A DNA stretch of 64,000 bases from Methanomethylovorans hollandica DSM 15978 (GTDB taxonomy: Archaea > Halobacteriota > Methanosarcinia > Methanosarcinales > Methanosarcinaceae): NCBI RefSeq assembly GCF_000328665.1, contig NC_019977.1:868001-932000 (forward strand), in the 5' to 3' direction. Position 1 is the first letter of the stretch. Every line of letters starts with the position of its first letter. The translations under genes were made by a program, and so were the position numbers. The notes beneath the pieces are model-generated. The model was given only the letters and a program-made list of their open reading frames with translations, was not told the origin of the DNA and made no database searches. This document shows, piece after piece, positions 18,775 through 28,361 of the stretch.

Positions 18775-19527
18775 ATGCAGGGAATAGAGAAAATTCATCA
18801 GGCCGGAGATATCTCTTATGCTCTTTTCGTATCTTCAGAGGCAGTTGATTATCTTTATATAGAGATAGGAACTGCTGACCAGGAGGGTTTTAGTTATTTC
18901 CATCAGAAATTTGGGATGCCCTATAAATTCCTGCTCAAGAAATCCATTGAATCAGGCCATTTCCTGTTCGTGTCCATATCAGGAAAAGATAAACTCATAG
19001 GATTTGCAAGATTTGAGAAACTGGAAGAGCACATTGATAAAGAGATCAAGGGCAAAATGAATGTCGTACAACCTTCTTTATTCCTCTTGCGTAGTATGGA
19101 GGTTCATTCTTCTTTCCGCAACTGCGGAATTGGCAGGGTCTTATTCTCGACAGCTGTCTATTATCTTCAGGGTAATGTTCTCACAGTTCCAGATAATAAG
19201 GAAGCTGCAAACTTCTTCAAAAAAAAGCTTGGTTTCACTGAAATCACAGACACTGTTGGAATTTACAAACAAAAGTATGAAGGGCATTTGATATTGCCAT
19301 ATCCCAAAGCTGTTACTTTATGGCATGAGATAGCAAGCAAATATCCAAGGATCTTATATCCTGAGTTGATAGACCTCTATGAATCATTAAAATTTCGTCA
19401 TAACATGGGTAAGGCAATACCCTGTAATGATATTTACAGGTTTGAGAACTTGCTTGCGCAGTGTAATGGTATGCTAGCCAATGTAATGGAAAATGATATG
19501 CACCGTATGCTCATTGAATTGCGCTGA
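18775..19527 (+). CDS. GNAT acetyltransferase (paralog of 12313..13230)
   Basis: LRSMEVHSSFRNCGIGRVLF motif A; AANFFKKKLGF motif B; start taken at ATG 18775. Confidence 0.87.
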   Translation: MQGIEKIHQAGDISYALFVSSEAVDYLYIEIGTADQEGFSYFHQKFGMPYKFLLKKSIESGHFLFVSISGKDKLIGFARFEKLEEHIDKEIKGKMNVVQPSLFLLRSMEVHSSFRNCGIGRVLFSTAVYYLQGNVLTVPDNKEAANFFKKKLGFTEITDTVGIYKQKYEGHLILPYPKAVTLWHEIASKYPRILYPELIDLYESLKFRHNMGKAIPCNDIYRFENLLAQCNGMLANVMENDMHRMLIELR

Positions 19528-19934
19528 CAGTTTTACATCATAAGGTCAATGTCATGTGACTGGAACAAGTATCATCTGCTGTCAGGTCCGCTGTCATCAT
19601 AAGTATCGTATTTGAAGCCTCAAAGGCCCGAAGCAAATTCACACAGAAAGCTCTTTTTTCTAAAGGCATAAATTCTCTTCTATCCTCAAAGGATGGAGAT
19701 TTCAGTCATATTTTTCCCGCAAAGGTTTTTATAATTGATATCATCCACAATTTGTTACCATAATTACTTTGTCTATAATATTTAGTAGTATGTTTGTGTA
19801 GTAATTATATTTTACTGTTCTCTCCATCTTTTTATCATTTCGCTCATTCAATTTTCCGTGCAGTGAATACTAAAGTATGGCTTTGCGAAAAGGTTAATAG
19901 TGATAGTAGCAGATTAATTCTGAGGTGGCATTGT

Positions 19935-20078
19935 ATGTCAAAATTCCTAAAGAGAAATAACGAAAGAAAAGGCGAAAAGAAAAATGAGGAATTGGAATCA
20001 AAATTAATACAAGATAACCTCTCTGAGCTCAAAGAAGAGCTGGTAGAACTTCCAGGCGGTGAAGACTTCGAGGAGTGA
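19935..20078 (+). CDS. Small charged hypothetical protein (47 aa)
   Basis: GAGGTG RBS upstream of ATG 19935; MSKFLKRNNERKGEKKNEELESKLIQDNLSELKEELVELPGGEDFEE. Confidence 0.5.
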   Translation: MSKFLKRNNERKGEKKNEELESKLIQDNLSELKEELVELPGGEDFEE

Positions 20079-20301
20079 GCACATATCTTCTACGGTATCT
20101 CTTCGTATATCTGTGGAACCGTCAGAAGAACCGCCAAAAACCATGGTATTTCTAAGCGGAACGAAATACGAAGATGTGCTCAGGGAACTCAGGATCAACC
20201 AGGAAACAGTACTTCTGTTTAAGGATGGGGAACTAGTCCCATCAGATGGTGTTGCCAGTCCTGGCAACTTATCCATCATAAAAATAACTTCAAAAGGATA
20301 A
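20059..20301 (+). CDS. ThiS/MoaD (SAMP-like) ubiquitin-fold protein with atypical C-terminus
   Basis: GTKYEDVLRELRINQETVLLFKDGELVPSD...LSIIKITSKG; beta-grasp pattern but ends in KG, not GG. Confidence 0.7.
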   Translation: MKTSRSEHISSTVSLRISVEPSEEPPKTMVFLSGTKYEDVLRELRINQETVLLFKDGELVPSDGVASPGNLSIIKITSKG

Positions 20302-20347
20302 GTTTGTCCTCTTACAGAGAACAAACCTTCATATTTTTAAAAAAAAT

Positions 20348-20560
20348 GGTTCTCTTCAACATCGTGTGGGTAATTTTAGCACCAATACATCACTGATCTT
20401 CTATAGGAGAACAATTCTCTGTATGCTAAATGCCTGTTGATATTAAGAATCGGAATCATATGACAGTACTTATCCTGATAGCCCAGATATGCTCAGTAAA
20501 TAAGAACACTCATTTATTCCAAATTCCATAGTATTTACCCACTCAATGTTGTGGAGATCC
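20348..20560. mobile_element. MITE-like element, copy 1 (213 bp)
   Basis: 26-bp imperfect terminal inverted repeats (GGTTCTCTTCAACATCGTGTGGGTAA / TTACCCACTCAATGTTGTGGAGATCC, 21/26 match); similar to 34635.. and 39226..39438; no ORF in the track. Confidence 0.85.
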
Positions 20561-20567
20561 GAAAAAG

Positions 20568-21740
20568 TCAAGTTCCCTTGACTTCTTTGATCATCTCTTC
20601 AAGTCTTGTACTGGAAATGCCATATTTTGTTTCTGCACTGTTCTTTACCTTTTCTATAAGTGTACATAGTGCTTCCTGGCTAAGGTCATAGCCCATACTT
20701 CTCACAATGCCTTTTAGTGCTTTTATTCCAGTGTGTTTACCAACTATCAGACGGCGCTGGCCACCGACCATCTCGGGACTGAACAGTTCATAGGTCCTTG
20801 GTTCTTCCAGTATGGCACATACATGTATACCAGATTCATGAGAAAATGCATGTTCACCTATGACTGCTTTTGTAACCCCGGGCTTAATACCGGAATATCT
20901 TTCCACTTTCTTTGAAAGGCCGGTAAGTTTTCTGGTATCATATCTGTCAATATCATATTGTACCCTGAGGGCTACAAGCACTTCTTCCAGTGAAGCATTA
21001 CCTGCCCTCTCTCCAATTCCGTTAACAGTTGTATGCAGTTGTTTGGCACCTGCCTCTGCAGCAGCCAGTGTATTGGCCGTAGCCATGCCCATGTCATCAT
21101 GGCAATGTATGCATACAGGGGTTTTAACAATTTTTTTTATTTCTTTAACAAGGTAATAGGTGGTGCTTGGGTTAAGAATGCCGATAGTATCTGCAATACT
21201 CACATAGTCCACCTTGTACTCTTCTGCGGCAAGGAAAGCACGTTTCAGTGTCTCTATATCCGTTCTGCTCCCGTCCTCTGCAGCAAACCGCACTCCAAGG
21301 CCATGGTCCTTTGCATACTGTACAGCTTCCATAGCAAGTCCGAACATCTCTTCATAGCTTTTATGGTATTTGTGTTTGAGATGAAGTTCTGACATGGCAA
21401 TGAAAATACTCACAAAGTCCACATCACATTCAATGGCAGCCTCTACATCGCTCACCCTGGAACGTGCCAGACAACACGTTTTTGCATTGAGACCCATGCT
21501 GGCTATCTCTTTTACAATTTCCTTTTCAGTCTGTGAGACAACCGGAAAACCGGATTCTATTATCTCGACTCCGATAGCATCCAGTTCAGATGCAATGTCT
21601 GTTTTCTCCTCCCTCGTAAACACCACACCGGGAGTCTGTTCCCCATCGCGCAGTGTCACATCGCAGATCTCTATATCCAAGGTCTTAAGATCAAGGAACT
21701 GCATCAATCCATTCAGTGAATAATCTTTTGTTAGCACCAT
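20568..21740 (-). CDS. aksA: Homocitrate synthase family (AksA, coenzyme B chain elongation)
   Basis: DVTLRDGEQTPG, HCHDD.G.A.AN, NGIGERAGNA, HESGIH, GKHTG; lacks the LeuA/CimA regulatory domain. Confidence 0.8.
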   Translation of the reverse strand: MVLTKDYSLNGLMQFLDLKTLDIEICDVTLRDGEQTPGVVFTREEKTDIASELDAIGVEIIESGFPVVSQTEKEIVKEIASMGLNAKTCCLARSRVSDVEAAIECDVDFVSIFIAMSELHLKHKYHKSYEEMFGLAMEAVQYAKDHGLGVRFAAEDGSRTDIETLKRAFLAAEEYKVDYVSIADTIGILNPSTTYYLVKEIKKIVKTPVCIHCHDDMGMATANTLAAAEAGAKQLHTTVNGIGERAGNASLEEVLVALRVQYDIDRYDTRKLTGLSKKVERYSGIKPGVTKAVIGEHAFSHESGIHVCAILEEPRTYELFSPEMVGGQRRLIVGKHTGIKALKGIVRSMGYDLSQEALCTLIEKVKNSAETKYGISSTRLEEMIKEVKGT

Positions 21741-21872
21741 ATATCTATCACTTTCAAAAGGGCCTTAAGTTTATATAACTGCAAATGTGTGAAGATGTTA
21801 AATATAATTTTCGCAATCAAGCGATAACATTATATTCAAAATGACCGGTATGCCACTACCAACTCAAATAAA

Positions 21873-22703
21873 TCAGGCAAGCTTGTTCTTCACTTTCTCG
21901 TAGAAGCCATCGATGGGCATTTTTACAAAACATGCCGGATTTCTGGCCCTTGTAAGCGTTATCACATCATGTTCATGAATATGATATGTGTGCTGCCCGT
22001 CCAATACGATCACAGCCTCTTTTTCAGGCATTGTCATTGTAAGTCTTATCTTGCTGCCGCCTGGTACAACCCATGGTCTTGCTGAGAGCTTAAATGGAGC
22101 AAGAGGTACTATCAATGTTGCATCCACCCTTGGATCGATTATAGGTCCACCCGCGCTCATCGCGTAGGCCGTTGAACCTGTTGGGGTTGCTATTACAACT
22201 CCATCTGCACGCATTTCATCGATCTGGGATTCATCCACACATACACTGAATGACAGTATCTTTGCAGGCCTAGAAGTGATCAGCACCAGTTCGTTAGTAG
22301 CACACGGAAGATAATCCTCATTGAGCTGGACAGCAAGTCTGGAGCGCTCCGTGCATGTAAAGCCTTGCAACACATCCGCTATAGCTTCCATAGCTTCCTC
22401 AGGTTTGACATCCACCAGAAAACCCAGTGTACCCATGTTGATAGGAAGTAATGGCAGAGGATCATCCATTTTGGAAATGGTCCGAAGTACAGTTCCATCC
22501 CCGCCGACCGAAATAATGAGCTCCACACCCTCCTCCCGCATAGTGTCTATTGGAATACACGGATACTTATTTTCCAGATGTTCAGCAGTCCTGGGGGAAA
22601 GGAATATATCAACTTCTTCCCTGAAACGGGCAATTATTTTTTCTACCATCTCAAGGGCTTCATGCTTGTCATATCTTGATACGACCCCTATCTTCTTTAT
22701 CAT
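21873..22703 (-). CDS. nadK: NAD(+)/NADH kinase
   Basis: GGDGT, NE, ADG...TPTGSTAYAMSAGGP motifs. Confidence 0.95.
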   Translation of the reverse strand: MIKKIGVVSRYDKHEALEMVEKIIARFREEVDIFLSPRTAEHLENKYPCIPIDTMREEGVELIISVGGDGTVLRTISKMDDPLPLLPINMGTLGFLVDVKPEEAMEAIADVLQGFTCTERSRLAVQLNEDYLPCATNELVLITSRPAKILSFSVCVDESQIDEMRADGVVIATPTGSTAYAMSAGGPIIDPRVDATLIVPLAPFKLSARPWVVPGGSKIRLTMTMPEKEAVIVLDGQHTYHIHEHDVITLTRARNPACFVKMPIDGFYEKVKNKLA

Positions 22704-22707
22704 CTAA

Positions 22708-23508
22708 TTATCTCCTGGTAATATCAAGGATTTGCTGATGCGACCTGCCATTCGTGGCCACCATATATACACGGTTCAAAACATTATCCTGAAGCAGCAG
22801 CTTGCTTCCTTTTTCATCACTGACGATACCTCCTGCCTCCTCCAGTATGAGTGTCCCGGCAGCAACATCCGTAAGACGCAAAGAGCCTCGCACATCCACG
22901 AACGCATCCAGTTTTCCGCAAGCAACATAGCACAGTTCAAGGGAAACACAGCCAAGGATGCGGATCCTGCGCACTGCCTGACAAAGACTGGTCGTCTCGG
23001 TCACATGAGGATGATAACCATATACACTGACACAGAAGTCCATAAGGTCCGATCTAGCTGATGTATATATCCTGTGTCCGTTCAGATACGCCCCTTTGCC
23101 GAGCTGCGCACAGTACACATCACCTGTAGCAAAGTCTTTAACATACCCAAAACTGACCCTGGAAAGAGAGGGATTGGCAATAGCTATGGAAATACTGTAG
23201 AAAGGGATTCCCATTGCAGCATTATGAGTTCCATCAAGGGGGTCCATGATCAGAGCAATTTCTGGATTGCAACCGACAATCCTTTCTCCACACTCCTCAC
23301 TAATTATGCGTAACGAGCAACTATCTTTTTCTAATTCCCGGATAATTGCGCTTTCAGATACGTCATCAATGAGTTTTGTGGGAGTACCATCGGCACCAAT
23401 GTACAGGGTAGTATATGCTTCGGGCGTCCCCACAAGATCCTTGATGGCTTTGTATGAGGCTGCAGAAACCCTTTCGCAGAGTTCCAACAGCTCTCTATCT
23501 ACCTGCAT
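22708..23508 (-). CDS. suhB: Inositol monophosphatase/FBPase family (possible NADP phosphatase)
   Basis: GADGTPT..ID..SE, SEE, DPLDGT, DVAAG.LI..EAGG. Confidence 0.9.
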   Translation of the reverse strand: MQVDRELLELCERVSAASYKAIKDLVGTPEAYTTLYIGADGTPTKLIDDVSESAIIRELEKDSCSLRIISEECGERIVGCNPEIALIMDPLDGTHNAAMGIPFYSISIAIANPSLSRVSFGYVKDFATGDVYCAQLGKGAYLNGHRIYTSARSDLMDFCVSVYGYHPHVTETTSLCQAVRRIRILGCVSLELCYVACGKLDAFVDVRGSLRLTDVAAGTLILEEAGGIVSDEKGSKLLLQDNVLNRVYMVATNGRSHQQILDITRR

Positions 23509-23521
23509 AAGAAAATGGGTT

Positions 23522-24529
23522 TCAGATACCCATTGCCTTATTTGTCTTCTCTATGGACCTTGCACCATTGCTCTCAAGTTCCATCATTGCCCGGATAGCA
23601 TCCACGTTCTCAGGGATCACATCTGATTCCTGGTGGATGCCCTGGAAGAAGTACAGCTCTCCTTCGTCTATTGTGACGGACTGCTCCCATATGCAGTTCT
23701 CCCACATGTCCCCGCGTGGGCGTCCCAGGTCTTTTCCAAGCTCCATTATTTCGGCGGTGGAGGTAATTCCCTGACCAATGAACCTTATACGAGATTGGGC
23801 AGCCAGCAGATCTGCCACTTCTTCTGCAGTGCACTGCTTGTCCATTTCTATGTTCAGGCTGTGCAGGTGCATAAGGGTGGTAGACAGTACCACAGCCGTA
23901 GAGGTGATATTGATGTGAGGAATGACAGATTTCACATCAGGTCCGTGGTGTGAGGGCAGTTTGATAGGACTTGGAACAATAGCATTTATTGGCCCTTTCT
24001 TGACATCGTTGGGATCGGCGGCTCTGCGCATAAGTGTCACACGGACCTTCTTTATTCCAAACTCCTGATCCAGCGGATAGATCACCCTGCACAGTCCTGT
24101 AGTATTACAGGAGACAACCCTTACAAAATCCCTACCCAGGGCTTCCTCATAATTGGCATCAGCGTTGAAAGAGCAACCTGCAAGCTCGTGCTCCTCTCCT
24201 CCCTGCCAGATGGCCTTAACACCCGCTTTTGTATACAGTGCCTTGTTCTCGTCACCAAATCCCCCGGGGGTGCAGTCAACAACTATGTCTGCAGTCTGTA
24301 TCATGTCCTCAATGGTTCCGGAAGCGTCTACACCGCCTGTTTCCATACCTTTTAACTTGTCTGCAGGGGCATATACCTGATAGCCTTTATCCAGAGCCAC
24401 AAAAGCCTCGAAGTTGGGCTTTGTCTTGGAGATGCCTACGATTTCCATGTCCTTCTGCATTTGCACAGCGTCTGCAACACGTTTGCCTATTGTTCCATAG
24501 CCATTTATAGCAACTTTTACTTTTGACAT
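23522..24529 (-). CDS. gap: Archaeal type II glyceraldehyde-3-phosphate dehydrogenase
   Basis: NGYGTIGKRVADA, VVSCNTTGL, SHHGPDV, HQESDV.PENVDAIRA. Confidence 0.97.
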   Translation of the reverse strand: MSKVKVAINGYGTIGKRVADAVQMQKDMEIVGISKTKPNFEAFVALDKGYQVYAPADKLKGMETGGVDASGTIEDMIQTADIVVDCTPGGFGDENKALYTKAGVKAIWQGGEEHELAGCSFNADANYEEALGRDFVRVVSCNTTGLCRVIYPLDQEFGIKKVRVTLMRRAADPNDVKKGPINAIVPSPIKLPSHHGPDVKSVIPHINITSTAVVLSTTLMHLHSLNIEMDKQCTAEEVADLLAAQSRIRFIGQGITSTAEIMELGKDLGRPRGDMWENCIWEQSVTIDEGELYFFQGIHQESDVIPENVDAIRAMMELESNGARSIEKTNKAMGI

Positions 24530-24687
24530 TGACAATACCTCTTTTCTTTTTATTGCAAGTACATTATATTGACAAAACCTGTTCATCCAAACTTGTATTA
24601 TTCAATATTTGCATTGAATAAATCATTTGATAATTAAATGTCATTAAATGTAATTATATGTATTTTTACTTATTAACTAAACAATGG

Positions 24688-24876
24688 TTATTTACTAAGT
24701 ATAACGATTTCCCCTTTTGAGAAGTCTATCGATCTGATAAAACCCTTTAAGTTTGTCCTGTCTCCAAGTATACCTGTCAGTTCTATGGAATCTCCTTCCA
24801 CCATCACCTTTGTGACGGATTCCATAACCATCTGCCGGGTACTATCCTTTAGAAGTATTACATTCAATTCGCACAT
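24688..24876 (-). CDS. CooT-family nickel-binding protein
   Basis: MCE N-terminus, MESV..V..EGD.I.L.GILG, 62 aa. Confidence 0.8.
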   Translation of the reverse strand: MCELNVILLKDSTRQMVMESVTKVMVEGDSIELTGILGDRTNLKGFIRSIDFSKGEIVILSK

Positions 24877-24892
24877 AAAGGTCACCTGATTT

Positions 24893-25768
24893 TTATTCAC
24901 ACAGTCTTGCCACAGAATGGCCCACATCCACGCCTATGTGTCTTGCCACAGGTTTGCACTTGGCCTTAAGCAGATATGCTATGGGCCCCATTTCATGTTC
25001 TGTGAGAGTTTCATAGTTTGCCATTCCTTTGCTGATTATTAAAGATGCATCCCTGAAAGCATCCAGAAGTTCCTGGGGCGCTTGTGACATGTCCACTCCT
25101 ATTGAACCGGAACCTGTGGTAAGGACCCTGTCAACCTTTTCATCGATCCCCAGCTCTATTATATCCTTCATTGTAACATCAGTAAGTATAGGTTTTCCCC
25201 TTACCACCAGAGTTACATGACCCCCCAATTTTTTAATAATATCGAATACCAGAGTATCAAGCAATATCTCGCCACAATTGTCTGCTATATATACTACATT
25301 ATCCAGCATATCAAACATTCTGGATGTATCATCTATATTCAGTCCCCTTATAAAATGCTGCCTGAAGGTCTCATCGAACAAACTGATGGGAACTTCAAGC
25401 CCCATTACTCCGAAATCAAAGAAGTTACCGATCACAGCTGCAAGTACAGCCCGCCTGAACAGTTCATTGTCCGAAGGATCACCATCATAGACCATAGACA
25501 TTGCAATGGGAAAAACATTTTCAGCGGTCCTGTTGCAGACTTCTTTCATATCTCTGTAAGGATCGCTGTCATTGAGCAGCTCATAGGCCCTCTGATGCAT
25601 AGAAGTGGATACTGAAGCTGCCGGGACACCTGGGGCATACGTATCATTAAGTACCCGGATGCATTCCTGCATGATCCTGCCTATAAGTATTTCATCGTCA
25701 GTGGACAGTTCTGATTCATAGTGGACCCTTGAAAGCAGACAGTATGAGCATTGTGGATCGACTTTCAT
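24893..25768 (-). CDS. DUF89/ARMT1-like damage-control phosphatase
   Basis: CxxC N-terminus, DPY..MK, GN.FDFG, DNCGE, SKGMANYE. Confidence 0.9.
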   Translation of the reverse strand: MKVDPQCSYCLLSRVHYESELSTDDEILIGRIMQECIRVLNDTYAPGVPAASVSTSMHQRAYELLNDSDPYRDMKEVCNRTAENVFPIAMSMVYDGDPSDNELFRRAVLAAVIGNFFDFGVMGLEVPISLFDETFRQHFIRGLNIDDTSRMFDMLDNVVYIADNCGEILLDTLVFDIIKKLGGHVTLVVRGKPILTDVTMKDIIELGIDEKVDRVLTTGSGSIGVDMSQAPQELLDAFRDASLIISKGMANYETLTEHEMGPIAYLLKAKCKPVARHIGVDVGHSVARLCE

Positions 25769-25922
25769 GATTAGTTCCTGCTTAAAGCGTTTTTATAATC
25801 AGATGCATCCAAAATAAGTCTGTTGTCCGGTTAATACCATGCAACTAAAAAGTTCTTTATATTAAAAGGCAGCTGAGGATAATGTTTATTGTAATTTGTA
25901 ATATTGGCCAAACCTGATAGGA

Positions 25923-26450
25923 ATGAAACTTAAGATCGAACATGGAAGATATATCATACTGGGCAGTATCGATGGGATACTGGCAGTTTTGGGTGTAGTT
26001 ATAGGAACCTCTCATGTTGCCAGTGACCCTTCCATAATAATCAATGCTGCTTTTGGAGGGGCTGTGGCACTTGCTCTTACCAACGGTGTGGGATCATACC
26101 TTGCCGAAAGTGCTGTAGAGTATGGAAAACTTGCAGAACTTGAAAAACCCCTTCTTCGAAGTCTGGCCTGCACTGCTATTGAAAAGCAGACCAAGCAGAA
26201 GATATGGAGCGATTCGTTCTTTCACGGCGGTGCCAGTTTCCTGGGATCAATGGTCCCTATAACGCCGTTTTTACTTTTAGATGAACATATGCTTACGGTT
26301 TCTATAATTCTGAGCATTGCCGTGCTTTCTATCCTCGGAATGTACTCCGGAAAACTTGCAAAGCAAAGTCTCATCAAACATTCTGCCCGCATGGTGGGTC
26401 TTGGAATAATTATTGTTATTGCCGTAACGTCTCTTGGACTTGAACACTAA
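25923..26450 (+). CDS. VIT1/CCC1-family membrane transporter
   Basis: RYIILGSIDGIL...GSYLAE, TM helices. Confidence 0.85.
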   Translation: MKLKIEHGRYIILGSIDGILAVLGVVIGTSHVASDPSIIINAAFGGAVALALTNGVGSYLAESAVEYGKLAELEKPLLRSLACTAIEKQTKQKIWSDSFFHGGASFLGSMVPITPFLLLDEHMLTVSIILSIAVLSILGMYSGKLAKQSLIKHSARMVGLGIIIVIAVTSLGLEH

Positions 26451-26526
26451 GTCTATCGGTATACTCTACAACTTTGAGTTCAGCCCCCTCTTTCACCCTT
26501 CATTTTAAATCCAATGTGGCTATATC

Positions 26527-27480
26527 ATGTTCAACATGATCGCTATTACAGTATTGCTCTTCATACTCAGCTTGCTTATGATAACCAAGGGAGCTGACTG
26601 GTTCGTGGAATCAGCTGTTTCCATTTCTGAAAAAAGCGGCATACCAAAAGTGATAGTCGGAGCAACTATTGTGAGTTTTGCCACAACCTCGCCCGAGTTT
26701 GCTGTTTCTGCAACAGCAGCGCTGCTTGGTCATACTGATATGACAGTTGGAAATGCTGTTGGTTCGGTGACGTGTAACATTGGTCTGATCCTGGGATCCG
26801 TCCTAGCGGTGAAGGCTGCTTCAGTAGATGTTGAAAGCTTTATACGTAAAGGCTTTTTCATGGCACTTGCAGGCATAACCCTTATTGTGGTCAGCCTGGA
26901 CCAGCATATTTCAAAGACAGATGGGATCATATTACTGATAATTTTTGTTGGGTTCCTTTATTACAATTACAAGTTGCAGCGTGCCATTTTTGATGGACCT
27001 GAAAAAGTGGAAAGGACACCCCTTAGAGAGATGCAAAAGGATATTGCGTATTTTCTTATAGGAGCTATCCTGGTTGTTATCGGAAGCAGGATAATGGTGA
27101 ATTCGGGAATCGAACTTGCCCGCATAGTGGGGATCCCTGAAATGATCATCAGTCTGACCCTGGTGGCTTTTGGCACATCTTTGCCGGAGTTCATAACCGC
27201 TATATCTTCCACCATGAAAGGACATCAGGATCTGTCCATTGGCAATATAATCGGAGCTAATACCATGGACATCACTTTGATACTGGGTGTGTGCGCTCAG
27301 ATAACCAGTCTTGAAATCCTGGACCAATCACTAAGCTACGATTTCCCGGCTATGCTGGCATTCGTATTCCTGCTACTCATATTCGGTGTGACAAAAAAAC
27401 GCCTTGAACGCTGGGAGGGAGCTTCCATGGTGCTGCTGTATGGCCTGTACGTTGCCGGATTGATGAGATGGTATGCGTAA
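26527..27480 (+). CDS. Ca2+/Na+(K+) antiporter (YrbG/CaCA family)
   Basis: Two alpha repeats, ATTSPE...GNAVGS and GTSLPE...GNIIGAN. Confidence 0.93.
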   Translation: MFNMIAITVLLFILSLLMITKGADWFVESAVSISEKSGIPKVIVGATIVSFATTSPEFAVSATAALLGHTDMTVGNAVGSVTCNIGLILGSVLAVKAASVDVESFIRKGFFMALAGITLIVVSLDQHISKTDGIILLIIFVGFLYYNYKLQRAIFDGPEKVERTPLREMQKDIAYFLIGAILVVIGSRIMVNSGIELARIVGIPEMIISLTLVAFGTSLPEFITAISSTMKGHQDLSIGNIIGANTMDITLILGVCAQITSLEILDQSLSYDFPAMLAFVFLLLIFGVTKKRLERWEGASMVLLYGLYVAGLMRWYA

Positions 27481-27551
27481 AATACAGACGCAGCGTAAAA
27501 CTACATCGATAAAGTTAAATCCTATTAACCAAGACTCATCTTGGGATCAAT

Positions 27552-27989
27552 ATGAATCTAAAATGGCTGATCGTTGCAATACTGTTGATAGCTGTGGCCG
27601 CTTCCGGCTGTGGCGATAAAGATACCGAGACCTATGAAACAGAAGACGGACAAAAAGTCCAGGTAACAACAGGGGATGAAGATGGCTGGTGTCCCGTGGG
27701 TACTTCATGGAAAACATCTAACCCCACAACAGGAGAGGAAGTTTCCATGGTCTATACCGGCACCAAGGAGATAGATGGCATAAGTATGTGTGTAATGGAG
27801 TATAAATCCACCAATCCTGATGATGAGGTTGCCAGAGTAGAATACATATTCTCAGAAGATAGCGAAACATTCAGCTGGAAAAGCTACTATGAGAATGGCA
27901 CTATTCAGAGCGAAATGACCATGAAAGATGGTAAAATGACCATGGTCGACGAAAACGGTCAGATCACTGAGTACGAATCTAACCAGTGA
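27552..27989 (+). CDS. Acidic putative lipoprotein
   Basis: Signal peptide with lipobox ASGC; D/E/T-rich; WCPVG motif. Confidence 0.8.
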   Translation: MNLKWLIVAILLIAVAASGCGDKDTETYETEDGQKVQVTTGDEDGWCPVGTSWKTSNPTTGEEVSMVYTGTKEIDGISMCVMEYKSTNPDDEVARVEYIFSEDSETFSWKSYYENGTIQSEMTMKDGKMTMVDENGQITEYESNQ

Positions 27990-28303
27990 TTTTATTTTTT
28001 ATTTTTTTCAGATCAGTTGTTTTGGATCCGGTTAGATCGGTTTTAACTATAAAACAGTTGCTATTGTGATCCTTTCATGATCAATGTAAAGAGGCTAACT
28101 GAATGGGGTATATTTGAAATCCTGTCTTTATGAACTAGTACCCCCTGCTTCGTATTATCTGGTTTTATGTCGGCATACCTGGTCCTTGATTTTACGGGTG
28201 CATCACATTCGCTCAAAGACCGGGGTCAAAAGAGATCTATCAATTTATGCTCCTTCTGGCAATTTCCTGAGTATAAAAGAAAGTTTGATAAAGGAGGATG
28301 GTA

Positions 28304-28321
28304 TTTCAATAAATATTGAAG
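28304..28321. promoter_or_regulatory. Putative ArsR-type operator
   Basis: TTTCAA-TAAATA-TTGAAG about 40 bp upstream of ATG 28362; same dyad as four other sites in the island. Confidence 0.6.
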
Positions 28322-28361
28322 CATCTCGTACTTGAGGCATTACAAACAAAGAGGACTGAAA

